A program made the position numbers and the translations under genes. Positions 29,053-38,786 of a stretch of DNA of 64,000 bases are shown piece after piece. Numbering within the stretch: position 1 is the first letter of the stretch; the number at the start of each line of letters is the position of its first letter. The notes below the pieces were generated by a model. The model did no database searches, had not been told where the DNA came from, and was given only the letters and a program-made list of their open reading frames with translations. Origin of the DNA: Candidatus Methanophagaceae archaeon. GTDB taxonomy: Archaea > Halobacteriota > Syntropharchaeia > Alkanophagales > Methanospirareceae. The stretch is taken from the NCBI GenBank assembly GCA_003194435.1, contig PQXC01000006.1, forward strand, positions 3,981-67,980, read 5' to 3'.

Positions 29053-30183
29053 ATGACAAAATTCATCGAAATCGAAGCGAAGAGTATTTTACAGAAGTAT
29101 AAGTTTAGAGATGATTGGTTCTGGAATCGTTACGGGGTTAACCCTTATCGTGGCTGCCAGTTCGCATGCAACTATTGCGATGCGATAACAGAGAAATATC
29201 TTGTGCATGAATCCTACAAGGATTTCTCAAGGATAATTTATGTAAAGAAGAACGCTCCCGAAATCTTAGGAAAAGAGGTTAAAAAGTTGAAGCCAGATGT
29301 TGTTGCTATGTCCGGCGTTACTGACCCCTATCAGCCCGCTGAGAAGAAATATGAGTTAACAAGGAAAATGTTAGAGATTTTAGCAGAGCATAGGTTTCCG
29401 GTTCATATTATCACGAAGAGCGATTTGGTCTTAAGAGACGTTGATTTACTGCGAGAGATAGCAAAACAGACCTGGTGTACGGTTTCCTTAACAATTATAA
29501 CCTTCAATAAGGAGTTGTTGCCCTACCTGGAACCGTTTGCACCTTCGCCGGAAAGGAGGTTAGATGCAGTTGATAAGTTAAATAAGGAAGGAATACCGGC
29601 AGGTGTTGACTTTACACCCATTGTACCATATCTTTTGGATGGTCCAGAAAATATTGAAGAAGTGATCAAAAGGGCATCTGAATGTGCACAATATATTCTA
29701 ATCGGTGCAGCAATGACTCTGAGAAGTAATCAACGCATAAGATTCTTTGAATTATTAAAAACAAATTTTCCTGAACTCGTGGAAAAATATAAGAATTTAT
29801 ATGGAGAGAAAGAGAATCCTCCACAAGATTATATTGTGAGGCTAAATGGTCTTGCATTTGAGTTTTGCAAGGAATACGGGATAAAGAATTATATTGAGCC
29901 GCCGAGCTTTGAAAGACCTCTCAAAGAGAATTTTGATGTGGCAAATCATTTATTGTTGATAGCGTTTTTCAAAGAATTCAAATCAGCAAATCCTTATTCC
30001 GCGTGGGCTTATCATAGGGCATCTCAAAATATAGAAAACTTAGATGAGAGCATAAAGGAGATTTATAAAAAAGGAGAATTAAAAAAGATTCAAGGTGTAG
30101 GGAAGAGTATCGTTAAGATTATTGAAGATTATTTAACAAATGGGAGCAGTGAAAGATTGGATAAGGAGATTAAGACATGGTAA
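29053..30183 (+). CDS. SPL-like radical SAM DNA-repair protein (Rv2578c type) with C-terminal helix-hairpin-helix
   Basis: NPYRGCQFACNYC, TDPYQPAE, TKS; C-terminal AWAYHRASQNI...IQGVGKSI. Confidence 0.85.
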   Translation: MTKFIEIEAKSILQKYKFRDDWFWNRYGVNPYRGCQFACNYCDAITEKYLVHESYKDFSRIIYVKKNAPEILGKEVKKLKPDVVAMSGVTDPYQPAEKKYELTRKMLEILAEHRFPVHIITKSDLVLRDVDLLREIAKQTWCTVSLTIITFNKELLPYLEPFAPSPERRLDAVDKLNKEGIPAGVDFTPIVPYLLDGPENIEEVIKRASECAQYILIGAAMTLRSNQRIRFFELLKTNFPELVEKYKNLYGEKENPPQDYIVRLNGLAFEFCKEYGIKNYIEPPSFERPLKENFDVANHLLLIAFFKEFKSANPYSAWAYHRASQNIENLDESIKEIYKKGELKKIQGVGKSIVKIIEDYLTNGSSERLDKEIKTW

Positions 30184-30268
30184 ATATAAATAAAAATCAA
30201 CTCACTACGAAAGAGAAAAACAGGAATAAATTTGCTTATTTCTGGATAAGTTTTTATATCTCGCAATA

Positions 30269-30792
30269 GTGATAGTCTCGGCCATTTGGACATGGCGGCA
30301 GCCTTTTCAAGATAATATACTATATCCACATCTGCACGATGTATCAAATATGCTTGGTGGAATTTTATTAGGAATATTGGCTGCTTATTGGCTTTCAAGC
30401 CAGGAGAAGTTAATAAGTTTTCTGATACCAATCGCTATAATAGATTTCATCAGTTTTACACGGTTTGGAAGGTGGACTCCTAATCGGAAATTGATTGAGA
30501 ATAAAACATTTGCAAAAAGCTATCGGTTTGCATGCCCATTCCAGGTTTCTCAGGATTCTATCAAATAACTGGCATTGGAGATATGTTTGTTTTTGCCCTT
30601 ATTGAGGGGGCCACTCTAAAAATTTGGGGAATACATGCTATTTGGATGGCTATCAGTGCTATCATTGTTGGGCAGATTCCGAACGTTATTGGTATGCTAT
30701 CTTTTAAGAACAAGCCGTGGTACCGTGGAATTCCAGCAACTTCGTTCCCTGTTTTGATTTTTGTTACAATCGTTTTAGGGTATAGCTTATGA
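30269..30792 (+). pseudogene. Frameshifted membrane protein with a GxGD motif
   Basis: Two overlapping hydrophobic ORFs; IAIIDFISF in the first and GIGDMF in the second. Confidence 0.5.
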
Positions 30793-30817
30793 GATTAACA
30801 AGAGAGGGGTAAAAAGC

Positions 30818-31177
30818 ATGGATAAAATAATGAGCACAGGAAACTCAAAAGCTGCAAATCCATGGCGGTTTTTTGCCCTTGCTCCTGGCATTTCGTGTTT
30901 TTTTCTGGATGTGGGTTGTATTGTTGGCGTTCTTGCAGGCTCACCGTGGCCAGAGTTTGAAACAGCCAGAAATCTGCTGTCTGAACCCTGGAGAATTCTT
31001 CCTTTTGCCGTTTTTATCCTGCTCTATGGTCCATTACCGGAAGAGCTGGGCTGGCGCGGTTATGCTCTGGATGGGCTGCAGGTGAGATATAATGCACTAT
31101 TCTCAAGTCTGATACTGGGCGTGGTAAAATGCTTGAAAAAGCACATTGGAAGCCCAGATACGAGAAAGAAGGCATAG
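30818..31177 (+). pseudogene. CPBP/CAAX-family intramembrane protease fragment
   Basis: GPLPEELGWRGYAL...SLILGVV, after which the expected HxP motif is absent. Confidence 0.7.
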
Positions 31178-31490
31178 AGGTCTTCGTAAGCCGAGGAACC
31201 ATGCTGCGCATAATCCTCACACCATTGACCCTGAGATAGTGAAACAACACCTTCCTGGCTCTACCCTCTTTCGGATAGCCCGCTAACATGTTTAAAGAGG
31301 CGATGTGCGCTCGGAACTCCATAGTTCCGGAACTACTGGATAAAAATAAAGAAACCTCCATGACCCCCAAGGGGGACACCCATGAACATGAAAATAAGAA
31401 AGTATTTTCATACCAAATAATAAGTTATAAATCAGGATGTGTATAGGTAAAGTAGGTTGAGGTGTTTTTTTCAGAGATGATAGAGGATAG

Positions 31491-32720
31491 ATGATAGAGG
31501 ATAGCAGACTGTATGGGCATCGTATGTCCGAATGGCAGCAGGTGCGGCAATTAGCGCAGTTCCACGTCTATCTCGATCCAGAGACGGGGATGGCTTATAC
31601 ACATCCTGAGTTCCTGCCACCGATCATTCGAAACAGGCTATTACCAAAGCTCGGGTTTGAATCACATAGCCAGAGAGCGTTCTTCATCATCACAGATAGC
31701 CACCAGCTTGTGGAGTACAAGGGGCTTGTCTATCCCTATTCCAATGACAATGATATAGAGATAGTGCCGGCAAGTGGACAGCCCTGGGGCATGCTCTTGA
31801 AGGAGCATGGTGAACGTGAAGCAATGGCATTGAATGCAATTGCAAGGCGAATCGGTGGTGTCTATGGTGAGTATCACGATGCGGGAGTGGCAATACAGAA
31901 CCGAGAAAGAGAAGGTGGTGAGATAATACATTACGGCGTTCTCAGGCGCTGGAGTGATGATTACGATTATGCTTATGCTTACATACCTTTTATTAGGCTT
32001 GACCTCTTTGATGCTGTGAGGCGACTTGCCACGCTGGAGGGCACGTCACATATCGAACTGCTGAAGAGTGCAATGGCGCGATTGGGCTTGATATTGAGGA
32101 CTGCACATGAAATTGGGATTTATCACTGCTTCACGCATCCGGGTAATATAGATGCACATGGCAACCTTGTGGATTTCGAGCATGCAATCTGCAGTGCAGA
32201 GATTCCGGTGCTGAAAAGACTATGCCTGAATGGAAGTGAGTTACTGGATGATGCACATCTGCGATATCGAGACATTGACCTCTTCTTTGCTGGCGCTCGT
32301 GAGATTCTGCACAGATGTCAGACATGCTTTAAACTCTCTCGTGATGAGTTAATGAAGAAGATAAGGTTTCTGCGTGAGAATATATCCATCACAGTGGGTA
32401 TACCTGTTTTTGAGGTTCTTGCACATCTGAATATCGGGTTTTACGAGGATACACTGAAGAGACTCCCGTTCTGCTACCAAGAAGACGTAATAGGAGCGTT
32501 TGTTGATAGCTATTGTGAATCTGGGTCAGGGTCGGAAGTGAAGCGTGGTATCTTCTCAGAACTGCTCAGACATGGCAAATGGACACCGAAGGCGAGTGGA
32601 TACATCATCAATGCCGGGAATCCACTACCAATGCAGCAGATACCAAATGAGCTCATATTAAAGCTCTGGAATATGGCGCCACTCAAGAAGAAAGAGAAAG
32701 TGTTCAGCCCCCTCCACTAA
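31491..32720 (+). CDS. Hypothetical protein with kinase-like/SelO-like motifs
   Basis: GIYHCFTHPGNIDAHGNLVDFEH; PWGMLLKEHGERE. Confidence 0.45.
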   Translation: MIEDSRLYGHRMSEWQQVRQLAQFHVYLDPETGMAYTHPEFLPPIIRNRLLPKLGFESHSQRAFFIITDSHQLVEYKGLVYPYSNDNDIEIVPASGQPWGMLLKEHGEREAMALNAIARRIGGVYGEYHDAGVAIQNREREGGEIIHYGVLRRWSDDYDYAYAYIPFIRLDLFDAVRRLATLEGTSHIELLKSAMARLGLILRTAHEIGIYHCFTHPGNIDAHGNLVDFEHAICSAEIPVLKRLCLNGSELLDDAHLRYRDIDLFFAGAREILHRCQTCFKLSRDELMKKIRFLRENISITVGIPVFEVLAHLNIGFYEDTLKRLPFCYQEDVIGAFVDSYCESGSGSEVKRGIFSELLRHGKWTPKASGYIINAGNPLPMQQIPNELILKLWNMAPLKKKEKVFSPLH

Positions 32721-32958
32721 CTACCATTCGGCAATCTATGAGTAGAAATAACACCTATAACAGCACTGAAAAGAAGGTCCAAAAATTCTTCTTTTAAGAT
32801 ATTTTTGGTGTATCCATGGAATCTGAATTCTATAAGGTAATGTGGCATTTTTATCTGTTGTAGGTCTTTACTTAAACTGGAATACAAATAGTCAATTATA
32901 GAATACAAATCACCTAAATTGTTTGGATTTACAGGAGGAAGTGAATGACTTGCGAAAT

Positions 32959-33008
32959 GGCGTATAACAGCGGATAAAAGGCTTCGATGCTTCACACCTT
33001 CGCCCAAG
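32959..33008 (+). repeat. attC-like left half
   Basis: ggcGTATAACagcggataaaaggcttcgatgcttcacaccttcgcccaa aligns with the left arms of both complete sites. Confidence 0.65.
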
Positions 33009-33164
33009 TGGTGTTCAAATATCGTCTTCTATATTTTTGCTGTGTATCTGTAACGACTCTTTCATAATGATATTTTTACAAGGAGGGTATGTAAAGGCTA
33101 ATGTTTTGGTAGACAGTTGTTCGAAGATTTTTGTGAGGGAATGTTAATAAAATAATCCTAAATC

Positions 33165-34226
33165 CTATATCAGTTTATACAGTGTGTTCCTCCTCCTTGG
33201 TGTCCTACCCGCATCCTTTATCAGCCGTTCAAACTCCTCCGGGCTCAGGTATTCTCCAGCTGAAGAGCCCGATAGCCGTGATATATTCTCTTCCATCAAT
33301 GTGCCTCCAAGGTCATTCACACCGAAATATAGCATCCTCTGTGCATACCCTACCCCGAGCTTCACCCACGACGCCTGTATATTCACACAATATGGATGAA
33401 GAATGACCCTTGCGAGTGCGTGTACTATTGCATTCTCCTCAAAGCTGACATCGCGCTTCACCAGCTTTCCCAATTCATTATTCTTATGCATGAACTTCAG
33501 GAGCACGAACTCGGTAAACCCTCCTGTCTCTTTCTGCAGCTCTCTTATCCTGAAAATGTGGTTTATCCTCTCCTTCCACGTCTCTATGTGTCCATACATG
33601 ATAGTGGCAGTGGATGGAATCCCCATGCGATGTGCACTCCTTATTATACTCTCCCATTTAGCTGTATTTAGCTTCCGGGGGCATATTATCGCTCTTATAG
33701 AATCATCCAGTATCTCTGCTGCCGTGCCAGGAATAGAGCCCAAACCTGCGCTCTTCAGCTCCTTCAATACCTCTTCCACTTCCAACCCCGTATTCCTTGC
33801 TACATGATATATCTCCATAGGTGAGAAAGCATGGATATGCACATCAAACTGCGATTTTATAGTCTCAACGAGTCTGCAATAGTCGTCCAACCGCAGGTCA
33901 GGATGCAATCCACCCTGAATGCATATCTCGGTCGCCTCATTTTTCACCGCCTCTTCCACCTTCTCCAGAACCTCATCCATAGTCAGCATATAGCCCCGCT
34001 TCTTATCCTCCCTGAATGCACAGAACTTGCAATTCCCGATGCAAACATTCGTGAAATTTATGTTCCTGTTCACCACGTAGGTGACAATATCACCCTTCGT
34101 ATCCTTCCGCAGCTCATCCGCGAAGCGAAATAAAAGAGGGGGGTGATTCACAAGAAAGAAGGCATCTGCACGCTCTATCCCTCCCCTCCTTATTCGCTCA
34201 TATAACTCATCGAAATCGTCTTTCAT
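33165..34226 (-). CDS. cofH: FO synthase subunit CofH
   Basis: NRNINFTNVCIGNCKFCAF, IQGGLHP, PGTAAEILDD, NIQASWVKLG, DLGGTLMEENIS. Confidence 0.9.
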   Translation of the reverse strand: MKDDFDELYERIRRGGIERADAFFLVNHPPLLFRFADELRKDTKGDIVTYVVNRNINFTNVCIGNCKFCAFREDKKRGYMLTMDEVLEKVEEAVKNEATEICIQGGLHPDLRLDDYCRLVETIKSQFDVHIHAFSPMEIYHVARNTGLEVEEVLKELKSAGLGSIPGTAAEILDDSIRAIICPRKLNTAKWESIIRSAHRMGIPSTATIMYGHIETWKERINHIFRIRELQKETGGFTEFVLLKFMHKNNELGKLVKRDVSFEENAIVHALARVILHPYCVNIQASWVKLGVGYAQRMLYFGVNDLGGTLMEENISRLSGSSAGEYLSPEEFERLIKDAGRTPRRRNTLYKLI

Positions 34227-34261
34227 CCATCTGAATCTGATATTTCCTTCTCTTACTTCAC

Positions 34262-35260
34262 TTACTTTATCCCTGTTATTATCTCCTTGCTGAGGTCAAA
34301 TATCATTGCCTTCTCCGCACCATCTTCTATCACCAATTTCATACTCGCATCTATCTCCCCGACCATAGAGGCTGTTATACCCGCATCCTCGAATATATTT
34401 ATGCATTCCGCGCCCCTCTCCGCATCCTCCACCGTTAATACAAATCCTGTACCTGGATACATCTTTAGCCACTGTGCAATAGAAATCGGCACTTCTTCCG
34501 TATCAGGTCTCGGTATCTTCTCCAGCTCCACTCGCGCTCCCACACCCGAGGACTCAAGTAACATACCCAGGGTACCAAGCGTGCCGGGATTGCTTATGTC
34601 CTTACCGGCAGTTGCCAGCCTCTTCTCCCCTATCTCCACCATGGTATTCAATTGCCTCTTTATCGCAGTTGCTGACTTCCTTGTCGTGTTGTCCCATGCA
34701 AGGTTGTATTTCGGATATACTCTACCATCGAGGTCAATTGCCACAACTATTTTATCACCCGGCTTCGCTCCACTTGAGAATATCACACTGTCCCGCTTCA
34801 CAGTTCCAACAATCCCGACATCAAGCGCATTGTATGAAGTATCGGGATGTAGATGCCCGCCCACCATAGGCACGCCGAACTTCTTCACGCCATCCTGCAT
34901 CCCCCTGCCCAATTCCGCACATATATGCCTCTTCTGTGTTGAGGTCAGATTCACCATCGCCAGTGCAGTACCGCCCATCGCCGCTATATCATTCACATTC
35001 ACGAGTACTGCGCAATAACCTGCCCACCATGGGTCTGCATTCAATAATTTACCCCATATCCCATCCACCGCAAGCAGAATAAAATTGTCATCGTCCACTC
35101 TGAGCACCGCCGCATCCTCTCCAAATCCCGCTATTGTCTTATTACCCACCCTATCTGCATCTCCGAGTGTCTTCACGAGGTCCCTTATCGCCCCCTTACG
35201 CTTCACTCCTTCAAAGTTCCTGAGCTCCGCAGCCAGAGACTCCAGATTCATGCCCCACAT
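34262..35260 (-). CDS. Methanogenesis marker protein 2 (AIR synthase-related)
   Basis: GEDAAV, DGIWGKL...PWWAGYCAVLVNVNDIAAMGG, GGHLHPD, KDISNPG. Confidence 0.88.
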   Translation of the reverse strand: MWGMNLESLAAELRNFEGVKRKGAIRDLVKTLGDADRVGNKTIAGFGEDAAVLRVDDDNFILLAVDGIWGKLLNADPWWAGYCAVLVNVNDIAAMGGTALAMVNLTSTQKRHICAELGRGMQDGVKKFGVPMVGGHLHPDTSYNALDVGIVGTVKRDSVIFSSGAKPGDKIVVAIDLDGRVYPKYNLAWDNTTRKSATAIKRQLNTMVEIGEKRLATAGKDISNPGTLGTLGMLLESSGVGARVELEKIPRPDTEEVPISIAQWLKMYPGTGFVLTVEDAERGAECINIFEDAGITASMVGEIDASMKLVIEDGAEKAMIFDLSKEIITGIK

Positions 35261-36069
35261 TTGTACGCCTCCATCTCCTCTATTATCTCTTTTACCTCTT
35301 CTATATCCTTTATTCTGAAATCAGCAACCTCAAAAATCTCGCTCGGCCTATCCGTAGCCTCATGTAAGGACAATACTGCTATATCAGATTCACAAAATGC
35401 GAGATAATCGTTCCTGTCATCACCAACCATTATCACCTTATACCGGTCTTTCAACTTCCTCACCAAATCACGCTTGTCCTCCGGGGTCATCATACCAAAG
35501 ATATTCTCCGTAGGCACCTCTGGTAGATATACTGATATCTCCTCAGGTTCTATCCTATCTCCTGATGCTACAAATACTGCACAACCCATCTGACTCAATT
35601 CCTTCAGGAGCTTGCGAGTCCCAGGGAAGAACTTTATACCTCCCGCTATTAAATATCTTATCGTTTTGCTCGCCATCTCCACTATCAAAGCTATCCCTAC
35701 TACCGGTAAAATGTCACACCTCCTTAAAAAACCCATCGTTTCATGCACGTCCCTCAACTTGATGCGCCTATCGCTCAATATCGCCTCCAGCACTTCTTTA
35801 TCATCTATCCCTTCTCTCTTATATACCACCCCAATTTCTATTTTCTTATCCTTCATCACTTCTGACAGCAACTTTGAATCCTCTTCTTTCGCTAATGTCT
35901 CATCGTATCGCGTCTTCAATATCGCCATTGCGCCCCTCTCCAACCTGTCCGTACAGCTCAACCCCGACACCCTGCTCCGCTTCGTTATCCCCCTATCCAT
36001 ATTTTTTATTATTCTGAACGGCGCATAAAGAACACCTGCACCGTCAAATACTACTGCTAAATCCCTCAT
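35248..36069 (-). CDS. HAD-superfamily hydrolase (soluble P-type-ATPase-like)
   Basis: VVFDGAGVL, ASGD, MVGDDRND. Confidence 0.75.
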   Translation of the reverse strand: MRDLAVVFDGAGVLYAPFRIIKNMDRGITKRSRVSGLSCTDRLERGAMAILKTRYDETLAKEEDSKLLSEVMKDKKIEIGVVYKREGIDDKEVLEAILSDRRIKLRDVHETMGFLRRCDILPVVGIALIVEMASKTIRYLIAGGIKFFPGTRKLLKELSQMGCAVFVASGDRIEPEEISVYLPEVPTENIFGMMTPEDKRDLVRKLKDRYKVIMVGDDRNDYLAFCESDIAVLSLHEATDRPSEIFEVADFRIKDIEEVKEIIEEMEAYKCGA

Positions 36070-36154
36070 TTGAGCATCATCTCCAAATTAATTTTATGAG
36101 TGAAGCTATAACTATAAGAATAAAGAGGGTTTAATATATGGTTATGGGGTGTGA

Positions 36155-38269
36155 GTGATGGCTCAAAACCTTGACCTTACAACAGAGAGGTGGGAGGACT
36201 TCCTGAAGCGATATTGCTGGGATGAGCTTGTAGAGCTCTCAAATTACTATCCGGAGAAGCGGAGTTTATTTGTTAAGTTCACTGACATGGACCTTTACGA
36301 TCCGAATCTCGCAGATATGGTACTGGAAAGTCCCGATGTTGCTATTAATGCGGCAACAAGGGCATTACGAGCTATTGATACCCCAACCGGGGTCACACTG
36401 GATGAGGCAAACTTCCGCATAATAAAGGTACCGAGAAGGCTAAAAATCCGTGATATCAGGAGCGAGGATATAGGAAAGCTTGTGAGTATAGAAGGATTGG
36501 TGACAAAAGCTACCGAGGTGCGTCCGAAGGTGGTGGAAGCGGTATTTGAATGCCCCTTCTGTCATCATGTGTTCTCAGTGGAGCAGAGTGGACGGCAGTT
36601 CAAAGAGCCGGTGGAGTGCGATCAGGAGAGTGGCGGCTGTGGTAGGAAGTCTCAGCATTTCAAACTCCTACTCGAGCAGTGTAAATTTGCAAATGCGCAG
36701 AAGATACAACTTCAGGAGTCGCCGGAGGAACTGCGTGGTGGTGAATTGCCACAGGCAATAGATGTCTATCTTGAGGATGACATCACCGGTGGTGTCACAC
36801 CGGGTGACCGTGTCATTATTACCGGCATTCTCAGGTCTTATCAGCGGACTACCAGGTTCGGAAAGACGCCTTTCTTTGATATCTATCTTGAGGGTAATTC
36901 ATTGGAGCATAAGGAGGAGGAGTTTGAGGAGATAAAGATAACGGAGGAGGATGAACAGCGGATAATGGAGCTGAAGAATCAGCCAGACGTTTACGAGAAG
37001 CTGATAATGAGTATTGCACCCTCTATTTATGGCTATGAGGAGATAAAAGAGGCTATGGTACTCCAATTGTTCGCGGGTGTACCGAAGGAGCTGCCGGACG
37101 AGACGCGAATACGTGGCGATATACATGTACTGCTCGTTGGTGACCCGGGTGTGGCGAAGAGTCAATTACTGACATACCTTGTGAAGTTAGCACCCAGGGG
37201 CCTGTATACCGGTGGTAAGAGTAGCACTTCTGCTGGACTGACCGCAGCGGCAGTGAAAGATGAGTTCGGCGAAGGGCGATGGACCTTAGAGGCGGGAGCG
37301 CTGGTACTCGCAGACAAGGGTATAGCAGCGGTGGATGAGATAGACAAAATGAGGAAGGAGGATAGGGACGCACTTCACGAAGCGATGGAGCAGCAAACGG
37401 TATCAGTAGCGAAAGCGGGCATAATGGCGCGTTTGAACTCTCGCTGTGGGCTGTTAGCTGCTGCGAACCCCAAATATGGACGATTTGATAAGTACACTCC
37501 TATTGCGGAACAGATAAATATGCCGCCCACGCTCCTATCGCGGTTCGACCTCATATTCACCATGATGGATAGACCAAACGAGGAGGCAGACACGAAGACT
37601 GCTGAACATATAATCGAGACACATTATGCAGGCGAGCTACTCGCACGGGCTAAGAATGTGAGCAAAATAAATAGAGCCGAGCGAGAGCATTTCGAGCGTG
37701 CAGTGGCGGTTATGAAACCCCCTATTGAGAGTGACCTGCTAAGAAAATACGTAGCATGGAGCAAACGGAATGTATTCCCGGTGATGAGCGAAGGAGCGAG
37801 GCGGAGATTCCTTGAGTTCTATATCGGGCTACGCAGGCAGGGTTATGAAGATGAGGATGCCCCGGTTCCCGTAACTGCGCGGCAATTAGAGGCACTGATT
37901 CGACTCGGTGAGGCGAGGGCGAGGGCGCGATTGAGCGATGAAATAACGGAGGAGGACGCCGACCGCGTGATTAATATCGTCACTTACTGCCTGAAGCGTG
38001 TCTTCGTTGACCCTGAGACCGGCAGGCTTGATACTGATTGGGTCACTGTGGGCATAACGAAGACCAAAAGAGACCGGGCGAGGTCAATAAGGGAGATAAT
38101 AAAGGACCTGGAACGCGAGTATGGTGATGAAGTACCGCTGGAGGAGGTGCTTGACCTCGCAGAGGAGGAGGGAATGGAGCGAGAGAAGGCAGAAGAGATA
38201 ATAGAGGTGATGAAACGGGATGGTATCCTCTTCTCACCTTCAAGTGGTATTGTTAAGTTTGTACGTTAG
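36155..38269 (+). CDS. mcm: Replicative helicase MCM (no intein)
   Basis: GDPGVAKSQ, AGLTAA, DEIDKM, AANPKYGRFD, SRFD. Confidence 0.97.
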   Translation: MMAQNLDLTTERWEDFLKRYCWDELVELSNYYPEKRSLFVKFTDMDLYDPNLADMVLESPDVAINAATRALRAIDTPTGVTLDEANFRIIKVPRRLKIRDIRSEDIGKLVSIEGLVTKATEVRPKVVEAVFECPFCHHVFSVEQSGRQFKEPVECDQESGGCGRKSQHFKLLLEQCKFANAQKIQLQESPEELRGGELPQAIDVYLEDDITGGVTPGDRVIITGILRSYQRTTRFGKTPFFDIYLEGNSLEHKEEEFEEIKITEEDEQRIMELKNQPDVYEKLIMSIAPSIYGYEEIKEAMVLQLFAGVPKELPDETRIRGDIHVLLVGDPGVAKSQLLTYLVKLAPRGLYTGGKSSTSAGLTAAAVKDEFGEGRWTLEAGALVLADKGIAAVDEIDKMRKEDRDALHEAMEQQTVSVAKAGIMARLNSRCGLLAAANPKYGRFDKYTPIAEQINMPPTLLSRFDLIFTMMDRPNEEADTKTAEHIIETHYAGELLARAKNVSKINRAEREHFERAVAVMKPPIESDLLRKYVAWSKRNVFPVMSEGARRRFLEFYIGLRRQGYEDEDAPVPVTARQLEALIRLGEARARARLSDEITEEDADRVINIVTYCLKRVFVDPETGRLDTDWVTVGITKTKRDRARSIREIIKDLEREYGDEVPLEEVLDLAEEEGMEREKAEEIIEVMKRDGILFSPSSGIVKFVR

Positions 38270-38657
38270 CGGGCACGAACTTCGTACCGTAATAGATTAT
38301 CCCTCTCTCACCTTCTTCCCCCAATCTCCTGAACACCGCCTGGACACGCATCCCTGTATGCATCTCCTCAGGCTTGCATATCACTTCAGAAAGTAGCTGT
38401 GCACCCTCATCAAGCTTAATTATCGCTAAGTTGTATGGTATCTGCCGATTGAGATTCCGCGGAGCCTGGTGTACGGTCGTGTAAGTAACCACCTCTCCTG
38501 TGCCTTTAAACTTATAAGGTACAATCTCGCCTCTTCGCCTGCACTTCGGGCATAGAGTTCGGGGCGGGAAGAAGAAGCTGCCGCAGTTCAAGCACCGTGT
38601 ACCCTCTAAATTATAACGCGCTGCCTGCTCACGCCAGAATTTCGCCGTTGATGCCAT
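38253..38657 (-). CDS. DUF35 Zn-ribbon/OB-fold protein
   Basis: CLNCGSFFFPPRTLCPKC, GEVVTYT, VFRRL...YGTKF. Confidence 0.85.
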   Translation of the reverse strand: MASTAKFWREQAARYNLEGTRCLNCGSFFFPPRTLCPKCRRRGEIVPYKFKGTGEVVTYTTVHQAPRNLNRQIPYNLAIIKLDEGAQLLSEVICKPEEMHTGMRVQAVFRRLGEEGERGIIYYGTKFVPANVQT

Positions 38658-38786
38658 CTCTCTTTGCTCCTTATATTATACCTATATTAGTTAGTTTAGA
38701 TGTAGATTTTGTTTTAATTTAAATACATTTAAGTTTGCTTTTGTACGGTTGAGGCAATGTTCAAAGGCAAAGGCGGTCCCCGACTT

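Noticed and set aside
32717-33007. 96 aa minus-strand ORF
   Set aside because: Appears chimeric: it crosses an att half site, and only MPHYLIEFRFHGY resembles the start of an archaeal 2'-5' RNA ligase-like protein. Too short to call.
36155-38269. Intein or viral-type MCM
   Set aside because: Normal length (704 aa), uninterrupted motifs and a chromosomal context.
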